Shown here piece after piece: positions 52,601-59,382 of a stretch of DNA of 64,000 bases. The first letter of the stretch is position 1. Each line of letters opens with the position of its first letter. Made by a program: the position numbers and the translations under genes. This DNA comes from Chiloscyllium plagiosum (Eukaryota): positions 18,107,466 through 18,171,465 of the forward strand of contig NC_057750.1 in the NCBI RefSeq assembly GCF_004010195.1. The letters are read 5' to 3'. Below the pieces are notes generated by a model, which was not told the origin of the DNA, did not search any database, and saw nothing but the letters and a program-made list of their open reading frames with translations.

Positions 52601-55600
52601 TCAGACCCTAACTGAGCTCTAAAACAAAGTTCACTTTATACGTACCATGCTCATTTTATTCAAAGCCTCCATATCAGTGCTGAAATCTGAAAGGCTACAA
52701 AACCTGGAACTTCCAGAATATTCTTCATTTACTGAGCTGACAGTGGAGCAATCTTCTTGGCTAAGATTTCCTTCTCTTTTCACTGCAAAGGTATTGGTGC
52801 TGCCAGAATAGTCAAGTTCACTGTTACATTTTTCATTGAAGTAGTCACCGATCTTGACAGCAACTATATCATCGGAACCAGTTGAGTTCACCTCATATTT
52901 TAGATTTAATCCACAATTTGTCCCATGTTCATCCAAAGTATTCACAGGACCACCTTCTGCAAACCATTTCATTCCAAAGGAGTTCTGGGAAGAGGAAACT
53001 CTCCCACTTGAGAAACTCAAAGTCTCACCGGTTTCAATTATTTCACCCGCTTCAATGCCATCTTGTGTTACAACAGGTTCCATCCCTGCTGGGGAAGACA
53101 CAGCTGTTCAATTGACATAAGCATCAATTAACTTGGACAAGCAGCTACAAAACAGTCAGTCACTTTATGTTATAAAGGTTGAGGGAGCAGCTAGCATAAT
53201 GATAATGTTTTTGTCATAGTAATTATACCCTGATTCAAATCTCACCACAGTATCAGGTAGAAACTTAATTAATAATTAGAGTAAAAAGAGCTCGGTAATG
53301 GTGCCATGGAACATTCATTCATTATCATAAAGCTTCATTAATATTCTTCAGGGAAGGAAATCAGCATTCCTTACCTCGTTTGGTCGAGATGAGAGTTCAG
53401 GTTCACAGGTTGACTCTTAACTGTTCTCTGAAATAGCCGAGCCAGCCAACTCAGTTTAAGGATGGACAGCAGTTGCTAGCCTTACTTGCGATGCCCTCTT
53501 TCCATGAGAGAAGAGTGGCAAATATTTTCAAACATTTGGCGCATGGATTTATGGATACTTTGGCTTATGCTTATGACAGTGATACACTTATCAGATGTAG
53601 TCTGATATTACTGTGTTTCCCTCGTCCTAATTCTAAAAAAACGTTGTGGTCAACCCAGTGAAGCAATTCACCTGAATCTAGAATAAAGCAGTATGAGAGA
53701 AGGCCATTCTATCCATCATGTTTGCCGCTGATTCAGTGAAGGGGCTATCCAATTGATCTGACTCTCCCTGCTCTTTTTCAAAAGCCTTGCGATTTTCAGT
53801 GAATATTTATCCAGTACCATTTGGAAAATTATAGTTGAACTTGTTTCCACTTCTTTCAGGCAACGGTTTCTAGATACAAAATAATTCTTTTTTTTTTGCT
53901 AATGCCCCACCAGTTGGTGGAAATTTCTTATCAAATTGCAACCTTTCTTAATCTATGCTGTACTAAGCAGAACAATCTCGGTTACTGTCATCTCTGTTCC
54001 TCAGGTCCAAACTATTTAGTTTCCTGGAGATGGAACACTATTCTTGCCCAAGATATCTAGACCATGCGGTCCCTCAATCTCACTGTCACTCAATAAGATC
54101 ACAGCTGAATTTCTACATCAATGCATTCTTGCTCTCCTCATATTCCTAACTCAGACTTGAACATGTATTCCACAAACTGTGGATGTTTGAAGATTCACAA
54201 TTCCCAAACAGAATTTCTACATCTTAATCATCGGGCGGCACGGTGGCTCAGTGGTTAGCACTGATGCCTCACAGCACCAGGGTCCCAGGTTCGATTCCCG
54301 TCTCTGGCGGCCGTCTGTGTGGAGTTTGCACATTCTCCCAGTGTCTGCGTGGGTTTCCTCCGGATGCTCCAGTTTCCTCCCACAGTCCAAAGATGTGCAA
54401 GTCAGGTGGATTGGCTATGCTAAATTGCCTGTAGTGTTAGGTGCATTAGTCAGAGGGAAATGGGTCTGGGTGGTTTACCCTTTGGAGGGTCAGTGTGGAC
54501 TTGTTGGGACGAAGGGAATCTAATCTAATCTAATCTCAAATAGCAAATACTTAGTCTTGAGAACATTCTCGACCTCCTAAGGAAATAGCCACTCAGCATC
54601 CACCTTGTTAAACCCACTTCAGAATTTTGTGTATTTCAAGGAGGTCAACAATATACTCCAAGTTGCTTCAGCATTAGAATGCTTCTTTTTAAATAGGTAA
54701 AAGGTCTTACCAGATAATAGCGAGATCTTTTCTAACAGGATTTTCTGTTTTCCTAACAGTAGTTCCTTCTCCACTGTTAGATTTTTGGACTGCCTATCCA
54801 AGTTATTGATTACATCTATGGCCTGTAGAACACAATAAAATCAAAATGCAAAAAAAAAGTTTCAGAACTCCACATGATTGTAGCTGCTGTGCATTGCAAA
54901 TATTCCATTTATAGCTCCTTTCCAATTTTTAATTCAATTCTTTGGGAAACACACAATACAAATATCTCATTACTTGCTCTACTTCTCAACCATATTATTA
55001 ATTTGAAGTTAATCAATTTGAATCAAAGCAATGAAAAATACCCCACCCTCTGCCATGGGAAGTGTTTATACAGACATAGAAATCAGGAGCAAAAGTCCGT
55101 CCATTGAACTCGCTCCACCATTCAATATAATCGTGACTGATGCTTCTGCTCTTTCTCCTTATACAATGATGCCTTTAGTGTCTAGATGTCTATTTGTTTC
55201 TTAAATATATGATTGTTTCTGCTGACAACAGCAAGAGGTTCTCACTGCCCATACTTAAAATTGGCACATTCAGTACCCCTGTCAGTACTACAATGACCTC
55301 AATGTGTCCTGATTGATTGTGATTATTTGGGCCCTGTTTGAGTTACCATACTTTTGCACATATGTAATTAGAACCTTTCAACAATGTCAGGGGACACAAG
55401 CCATTCAGTGACTTCAGTGCTCCAATGTCTTATATGTACAGAATTCCATAGATTCACCACCTTCTAAGATCTAAAATTTTTCTCATTGCAATCCTAAATT
55501 GTCTAACCCGTATACTGAGACTGTGACCTGTTGATCTGGAGACCCAACGGCATAGGAGGAATATCAAACCCACGATTAGTCTGTCCAGCCTGACGCAATT

Positions 55601-58098
55601 TTATGTGGTTCATCAAGATTATGCTCTGTCTCACTGCTGAATAATTACAAATGTTTTGAACAAAATCCACTTTAGAATTTATAGAAATAGACTATATTAT
55701 TCATGAAATTATACAACTAATGTTTGAAATAGTTAACTGGGAAGTCAAATACTTGATGTTTCAACAACCTAATGAGACTGGGCCTTTTAATTTACATTGA
55801 AGGCTCATGGCATTGCCCAACAAACCAGAGGGGAGAAAAAAATACCTAATTCCTGTAAAATGTGTTCTATCATCACAAAGGTCCAACATGCACTGGAAAA
55901 TGAAGTGCAAACATATTTATGGAGAAGCGGAAGGTGTAAATCCTGCTGCATCTTGCTTTATAATCAAATGAATTATTCACAAACCTCATCAAGGATGGCA
56001 CCTTTTGAAGCAATTTGTTTGTCATCAAAAAGTTTGTTCTTCAATACTTTAAAACGATTTTCCATCATTCTGCGTGACTCTCGTTCTCTCAAGTTGTGTA
56101 ATATCGCCTTCTTTCTAGCTTCACATAGTACAGAGGTTTCGTATACCTAAGATTGACAAAATCCCAATGAGAAAAAGGCTGGAATACAGCTTCTAGCTGT
56201 GGGCAGTGTTAGTAGCACAGTCCATAATGTCTGATGCACTAAACTTTAGGTTTGAAATTAGTGATAAACAAATGACTAGGCAACAAAAGTAACATGTAAT
56301 TAGACTCACCCTTCTTTTCGTTGAATTGCTGAATGATTGTGAATTCTGGAAAAATCCCCTAGAAAACAGGAATAGTTTGTACGGTCATCTGCAGTCTATT
56401 GGTATAAGTGAATCAGAACACAGGTATTAACAAATGGGTGCATAATGATACGAAATACAAGGACAACACTGAATTACAAATGCCACAGGTTCACAAGGTT
56501 GCATTTTCAAAATTCTTGCTAAAGGTTGGGTAAGCAGTATGCAAGAAGTAGCGCCCAGGTTGAATAACTATGGATAGGGGCTTTCTCATGTTTTGAATAC
56601 AGATCTTTCAAGGGCAGTAAGGGGCTACAAACCTTCCATGTGTACTTATACCGTCTGGGCAACATAGGAAGGGAGGGCAGCCAGGGAAATGGGGTGGCAA
56701 ATAGAAGAGCTACCACTAAACCACTGACCAATTTATACTAAATGGATTTGTCCAATTCATTGTTTCCAAAAGTAGTAAACTACTGCATAAATGCAGTAAT
56801 GTGTACGATCTACAAGATTCACTACTGCAGTAATTCATCAAGGCTCCTTCAACAGCAACTTTTAAGCCTGTGACCTCTACAACTAGAAAGAGAAGCATTA
56901 CAGATTCATGGGAATCACCACCTGCAAGCTCCCCTTCAAGCCAATCACAAGCCTGACCTAGAACGACATTGCCATTCCCTCCCCACTACAATATCCTGGA
57001 GTCCCTTTCCAAATATGGCATTGTCCACATGCACTGCAGCAATTCAAGGAGACACTCATCACATTTTTGAGGGCAGTTAAAGATGGACAATAAACAATGG
57101 CCTAAACATTCATACACAAATTAATAAATTAGAAACAGCAATGGAATGTCCTCAGATAAATAACTCTTACATGAATGTAATTGGTTTAGAAACAATTTAT
57201 CCACACAGGATAAGATGAACAAACAGTCTAACCTTTAAGATCACTTTAGATGCAAAGGCCTTTTATCCCACTTTGTCACTCCATTCTAGAATGCCAATTT
57301 TACGGTCTTGAGATTTGGGTGGCACGGTGGCTCAGTGGTTAGTACTGTTGCTTCACGGAGCCAGGGACCTGGGTTCGATTCAAGCCTTGGGAGACTGTGT
57401 GGAGGTTGCACATTCTCCCCGTGTTTGCATGGGTTTCTTCCAGATGCTCCAGTTTCCTCCCTCAATGTACAGGTCAGGTGAATTGGCCATGCTAAACTGC
57501 CAATAGCGTTGGGTGCATTCGTCAGAGGACATGGGTCTGGAGGGGTTACTCTTCAGAGGGTTGGCATGGACTTGTTGGGCCAAATGGCCTGTTTTCACAC
57601 TGTAGGGAATCCATCTATCTATCTATCTAATCTATGTCTTGCTAATTCTTTCCAGGCACTGAATATGCTCTGTGCAAAGGAATGCTCGGTCATCTTCAAT
57701 TTATTCTTTACAACTACATCTCAAACGTCCTGTTTTGGTTTAGAATGCCAGTCCAAAATAATAATAGTCTAACATTTTGCCAATTTACCTCTCGTGCAGG
57801 GGTCAGACATATTTTAAGAGGTAAGTCTTCACAATGGTAGCGAAAAATAAGAGAGCACAATCCAGCTATAATGTGGTCCCAAGGATATCCACTATACTTG
57901 AAAACATTGCTCCATATTCACATCTTTTATTCAGTATTGCACATACTGTCAGCATTCAGAATAGGTTTATGAATGTTGTATTACTATTACTGACCTGTGC
58001 GGTACTGCAGGATTATTGACAATTAACGAATTTCTTGGAATTCTTGAACTTGACACCAGGTTTCCAACCCCATCTCTATTTCTATTGCTTGAATGAGT
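9888..58098 (-). CDS. Multi-exon gene (5'-partial) encoding an MGA-like/Myc-Max-network protein with three tandem bHLH-Zip domains; about 1062 aa within the window
   Basis: 17 exons with GT..AG boundaries join without a stop or frameshift: 58098-57995, 56358-56310, 56146-55985, 54822-54711, 53085-52646, 50025-49864, 46652-46541, 44080-43608, 35384-35290, 32725-32674, 27112-26954, 25606-25495, 19603-19503, 19420-19394, 19327-19273, 11944-11780, 10696-9888 (total 3189 nt, divisible by 3). Repeat 3 ([20 protein letters not shown]...K.LL..K...L......LSG) resembles the MGA bHLH-Zip as I recall it. No start codon or T-box is seen in the window. Confidence 0.8.
11395..11665 (-). mobile_element. CR1 LINE 3' end
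   Basis: Similar to the 3' tail region of 240-500. Confidence 0.8.
11780..11944 (-). CDS. Exon (165 nt, phase 1->1), (G)[54 protein letters not shown]
   Basis: Acceptor ttgttgcag, donor TAG|gtaaac, open frame. Confidence 0.7.
   Translation of the reverse strand, partial: ELLFVFSLRKLQYPPMVRNMENGTLVPRQRLMAQRNYHQEVLSYTSKKMHIWLS
12205..12710 (-). mobile_element. CR1 LINE 3' fragment
   Basis: Near-copy of 240-740. Confidence 0.88.
13343..14167 (+). mobile_element. Penelope-like retroelement (5'-truncated RT C-terminus, GIY-YIG tail, pLTR)
   Basis: [25 protein letters not shown] (PLE RT) and [29 protein letters not shown] (GIY-YIG C-terminus). Has an internal inversion and deletion. Confidence 0.88.
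14088..14127 (+). ncRNA. Minimal type I hammerhead ribozyme motif in the Penelope pLTR
   Basis: gca-CTGAGGA-t-gtcacct/agac/agggtac-GAAAC-GTT-tgc; stem II is imperfect. Confidence 0.5.
15136..18680 (+). mobile_element. Degenerate Gypsy LTR retrotransposon (LTR-gag-pro-RT-RNaseH-LTR), integrase deleted
   Basis: Similar LTRs at ~15136-15462 and ~18155-18680. PBS-like tggtgac follows the 5' LTR; PPT agagggggagg at ~18140. [10 protein letters not shown] (gag), [18 protein letters not shown] (RT), DHKPL (RNase H). Confidence 0.9.
18334..18628 (+). mobile_element. Young CR1 3'-end insertion in the Gypsy 3' LTR
   Basis: (ttctatg)n tail, flanked by TAAAT duplication at 18329-18333 and 18629-18633. 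Confidence 0.85.
19273..19327 (-). CDS. Exon (55 nt, phase 0->1), [18 protein letters not shown]
   Basis: Acceptor ctgttcttttttag, donor CTG|gtaaga. Confidence 0.6.
19394..19420 (-). CDS. Putative 27-nt microexon TPFVLSKKW (phase 0->0)
   Basis: Branch-like CTAAT, pyrimidine tract ctgcctttccctttaac, acceptor tgtcag, donor gtaaga. Skippable without changing frame. Confidence 0.4.
19503..19603 (-). CDS. Exon (101 nt, phase 1->0), (G)[33 protein letters not shown]
   Basis: Acceptor ttttacacag, donor gtaagt. In frame after zipper exon 3. Confidence 0.6.
19725..20445 (-). mobile_element. CR1 LINE 3' fragments
   Basis: [17 protein letters not shown] and a CR1 tail. Confidence 0.8.
20510..20950 (+). 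mobile_element. Fragment of the same Gypsy family as 870-2000
   Basis: gtggtaattaggtcacaaagccacaggttgaaacag and gaatttgagtgtatcccagaatactactacctaaa resemble 1622-1660 and 1795-1830. Confidence 0.5.
21290..22135 (+). mobile_element. CR1/L2-group LINE 3' fragment (second family)
   Basis: [21 protein letters not shown] frame. Tail gggcaattaaggatgggcaataaat...cacatcc..tgaatgaa; related pieces at ~26310, ~36840, ~40770 and ~56790. Confidence 0.75.
22624..22764 (-). mobile_element. Partial LTR of the Gypsy family at 15136-18680
   Basis: The reverse complement aggagtgtcagacatccagttcactttgagagctggctct...taaataaag..ttggtgac matches 15335-15462. Confidence 0.75.
22775..23075 (+). mobile_element. CR1 3' end
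   Basis: cagagtggtgagagtctggaacgcactgcc...gttctatgttc tail. Confidence 0.8.
23710..24022 (+). mobile_element. HE1/V-SINE-type tRNA-derived SINE
   Basis: A box ggtggcacagtgg, B box gggttcaattccc, V-domain gtgtggagtttgcacattctccccgtgtctgcgtgggtttcctccgg, aatct tail. Confidence 0.9.
24025..24945 (+). mobile_element. CR1 LINE 3' fragment with a nested inverted short repeat
   Basis: ctggtgaggccacacctggagtac; CR1 3' UTR; insertion at ~24670-24875. Confidence 0.8.
25495..25606 (-). CDS. Helix2/leucine-zipper exon 3 (112 nt), [37 protein letters not shown](G)
   Basis: Within ORF 25406-25618. Acceptor caccacag, donor gtaagg. SEIQ.L...LSG pattern as in MGA. Confidence 0.9.
26954..27112 (-). CDS. bHLH exon 3 (159 nt), [53 protein letters not shown]
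   Basis: Within ORF 26945-27151. Acceptor tttttattttaaag, donor gtttgt. Confidence 0.9.
29393..29472 (+). repeat. Truncated hammerhead-family short repeat inserted in the CR1 with an 8-bp TSD
   Basis: ACTACAAT at 29385-29392 and 29473-29480. The body aagggcttatgactgaaacgtc resembles the reverse complement of 41172-41200. Confidence 0.6.
30447..30790 (+). mobile_element. tRNA-derived SINE (second family) with LINE-derived tail
   Basis: Head gggaggcaatggcc, core ggttcac.aatgt.cttcagagaagaaaactgcc, tail gcaattagagatggccaataaatgctggcc. Copies at ~36068-36425, ~53182-53510 and ~63340-63640. Confidence 0.75.
32674..32725 (-). CDS. Exon B3 (52 nt, phase 2->0), [17 protein letters not shown]
   Basis: Strong acceptor ctttttgttttcag, donor gtaagt. 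Paralogous to B1 (F.N.SQS...S.KR[RK]). Confidence 0.75.
32830..34552 (+). mobile_element. Degenerate Tx1/L1-clade LINE 3' fragment
   Basis: ORF ...[10 protein letters not shown](EG)...GAKVNRGKS (L1/Tx1 RT motifs); AATAAA and an A-rich end at ~34525-34552. Confidence 0.7.
34214..34429. mobile_element. Tc1/mariner (Tigger-like) MITE, 216 bp
   Basis: TIRs CAGGTAGCCCCTGCTATTTGAA / CAGGTATCCCCTGCTTTTTGAA (reverse complement), flanked by TA on both sides. Confidence 0.85.
35290..35384 (-). CDS. Exon A3 (95 nt, phase 0->2), [31 protein letters not shown](R)
   Basis: Within ORF 35115-35405. Acceptor cccatacag, donor CAG|gtggga. Confidence 0.75.
37382..38200. repeat. 145-bp near-perfect inverted repeat (37382-37526 / 38056-38200)
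   Basis: Direct comparison shows 1 mismatch. The 529-bp spacer holds a CR1 3' end and a partial SINE. Confidence 0.92.
38530..40520. mobile_element. Cluster of nested CR1 fragments (+ 38530-38895, - 38900-39365, + 39560-40520)
   Basis: ORF 38981-39499 [36 protein letters not shown]; repeated CR1 tails. Confidence 0.85.
41075..41206 (-). repeat. Hammerhead-bearing short retro-repeat
   Basis: Reverse complement ttc-CTGATGA-a-gggc tttt gccc-GAAAC-GTC-gatt. Copies at 43395-43522 and 51075-51185. Confidence 0.75.
41300..41945 (+). mobile_element. Old CR1 3' fragment
   Basis: ctggaatactgtgcacagttt; agaagaatgagggagga; CR1-type tail. Confidence 0.65.
42765..43095 (-). mobile_element. HE1/V-SINE-type SINE
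   Basis: Reverse complement matches 23710-24022. Confidence 0.88.
43608..44080 (-). CDS. Linker exon E2 (473 nt, phase 1->0) ending ...[15 protein letters not shown]
   Basis: Includes ORF 43581-43922 and an open upstream frame. Acceptor tcttttgtag, donor CTG|gtaggt. Confidence 0.8.
44895..45370 (-). mobile_element. CR1 3' fragment
   Basis: Similar to 240-740 and 12205-12710. Confidence 0.8.
45710..45744 (+). ncRNA. Minimal type I hammerhead ribozyme motif in a short repeat (repeat ~45700-45832)
   Basis: cac-CTGATGA-a-ggagc(agc)gctcc-GAAA-GC-TA^gtg: intact core, stem I cac/gtg, stem II ggagc/gctcc, palindromic AGCT stem III. Confidence 0.7.
46541..46652 (-). CDS. Helix2/leucine-zipper exon 2 (112 nt), [37 protein letters not shown]
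   Basis: Not in the ORF track; read manually. Acceptor tctttccag, donor gtatga. Leu heptads at 8/15/22/29/36. Confidence 0.88.
47980..49385 (+). mobile_element. Nested CR1 3' fragments
   Basis: ORFs 48222-48467 and 48761-49069 ([24 protein letters not shown]). Confidence 0.85.
49864..50025 (-). CDS. bHLH exon 2 (162 nt), [54 protein letters not shown]
   Basis: Within ORF 49843-50127. The KAPK..IL.K loop-helix-2 is Myc-like. Acceptor ttctacag, donor gtttgt. Confidence 0.9.
51230..52310 (+). mobile_element. Old CR1 RT/3' fragment
   Basis: tatttggatttttagaaggcatttgatgaggtacc (YLDF.KAFD.VP) and a CR1 3' region. Confidence 0.75.
52646..53085 (-). CDS. Linker exon E1 (Ser/acidic-rich, phase 1->0)
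   Basis: Within ORF 52631-53101. Acceptor cttccccagcag, donor ATG|gtacgt. In frame with both neighbours. Confidence 0.75.
54233..54536 (+). mobile_element. HE1/V-SINE-type SINE
   Basis: A/B boxes, V-domain, (aatct)n tail. Confidence 0.9.
54711..54822 (-). CDS. Helix2/leucine-zipper exon 1 (112 nt), [37 protein letters not shown](G)
   Basis: Leu at positions 8/15/22/29/36. Acceptor ttctacag, donor gtaaga. Overlaps ORF 54619-54801. Confidence 0.9.
55985..56146 (-). CDS. bHLH exon 1 (162 nt), [54 protein letters not shown]
   Basis: Basic region H..E..R, helix-1 F..L, loop-helix-2 SK.AIL. Acceptor tcttag, donor gtttgt. Confidence 0.9.
56310..56358 (-). CDS. Exon B1 (49 nt, phase 2->0), [16 protein letters not shown]
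   Basis: Acceptor ctgttttctag, donor gtgagt. Restores phase 0 before the bHLH exon and is similar to exon 32725-32674. Confidence 0.72.
57317..57633 (+). mobile_element. HE1/V-SINE-type SINE
   Basis: Same family as 23710 and 54233. Confidence 0.88.
57995..58098 (-). CDS. Exon A1 (phase 0->2), [34 protein letters not shown](R)
   Basis: Acceptor tttcctcatgcag, donor CAG|gtcagt, open frame. Starts ACTCATTCA, like the AGTCATTCA start of the paralogous exon 35384-35290. Confidence 0.7.
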
Positions 58099-58237
58099 CT
58101 GCATGAGGAAAGGAAAACATTTTCACAGTAACAACACATGCGGCAGAACACATCAAGTAGAATACCATCTTAAAAATGATCCCATGGAATAACATCAGTA
58201 ATACTGCATAGCATATTGTAAATCAGTCAGAGTAAAT

Positions 58238-59370
58238 GAGTCCTACAGCATGGAAACAGATCCTTCGGTCCAACTAGCCCACACCAACCATAATTTCAAA
58301 CAAAACTAGTCCCATTTGTTTGTTTGGCCCATATCCCTCTAAACCTTTTGTATTCATGTATTTATCTGAATGTCTTATCAAATGTTGTAACTGTACCTGC
58401 ATCCACCACTTCATCTGGCAATTCATTGCACACATTAATCACTGTGGACAGAAATTGCCTCAGGTCTTTTTTAAAATCTTTCTCCTCTCACCTTAAAAAT
58501 ATACCCCTAGTTTTGAACTCCCCCATCTTATGGGAAAAGATCTTTACCCTTACACCATCTTATCTACACCCGCTCATGATTTGATAAGGTCATCCCTCAA
58601 CCTCCTTCACCCCAGTGAATGAAATTTTAGCCTGTCCAGCCTACTTTTCTAATTCAAATCCTGTATTCTTGGCAACACCCTGGTAAATCTTTTCTGAACC
58701 CTCTCCAATTTAATAATATCCTTCCTATAATAGGGCGACCAGAACTGCAAATAGCAGAGGCATAACCAACGTCGTTTACAACCACAACATGACCTACCAA
58801 CGCTTATATTAAAAAATCTGAGCAATGAAGACAAGCGTGTTAAATGCTTTAACCAGCCTGACCCCCGTGACACAAATTTCAAAGAATTATAAACCCGAAA
58901 CCCTAAGTTTCTCTGTTCTACAACAGTACCCAGGGCCCTACCATTAACTGTACAAGTCCTGCCCTTGTTTGTTTTACCAAAATGCAATACTTCGCATTGT
59001 CCAAATTAAACTCCATCAGCTTCTCAGGCAATTGACTGAATTGATGAAGTTCTCTTTGTAATGTTGGATAATTTCCTTAATTGTCCATTATACTACCAAT
59101 TTTGGTGTCACCTGCAAACTTACTTACAATGCCTCCTATAATCTCATCCAAGTCATTTATATGAATGACGAACAAAAGTGGACCCAGTACTGATCCCCTG
59201 AATTGCAGCTGGTTACAGTCCTCCAGTCTGAAAAACAACCCTCCACCACCATCCTCTGTCTCCTGCCGTCAAGCCAATTTTATATCCAATTAGAAAGCTC
59301 ATCTTGAATTCCATGTGATCTAACTCTACTAACCGGTCTACCATGGGAACCTTATCAAAGGCTAAAAGTC
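58238..59370 (-). mobile_element. CR1 LINE RT/3' fragment
   Basis: MHFGKTN...[29 protein letters not shown]. Confidence 0.85.
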
Positions 59371-59382
59371 TATGGATCGAGT

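Noticed and set aside
53086..53144. Upstream acceptor ttttgtag at 53145 for exon E1
   Set aside because: In the required phase it hits TAA (53128-53130) after a few codons; the cccagcag acceptor keeps the frame open.
9888..58098. Assigning the gene symbol MGA or MYC
   Set aside because: Similarity is limited to the bHLH-Zip. The canonical MGA basic region and T-box are not seen, and orthology needs phylogeny and synteny.
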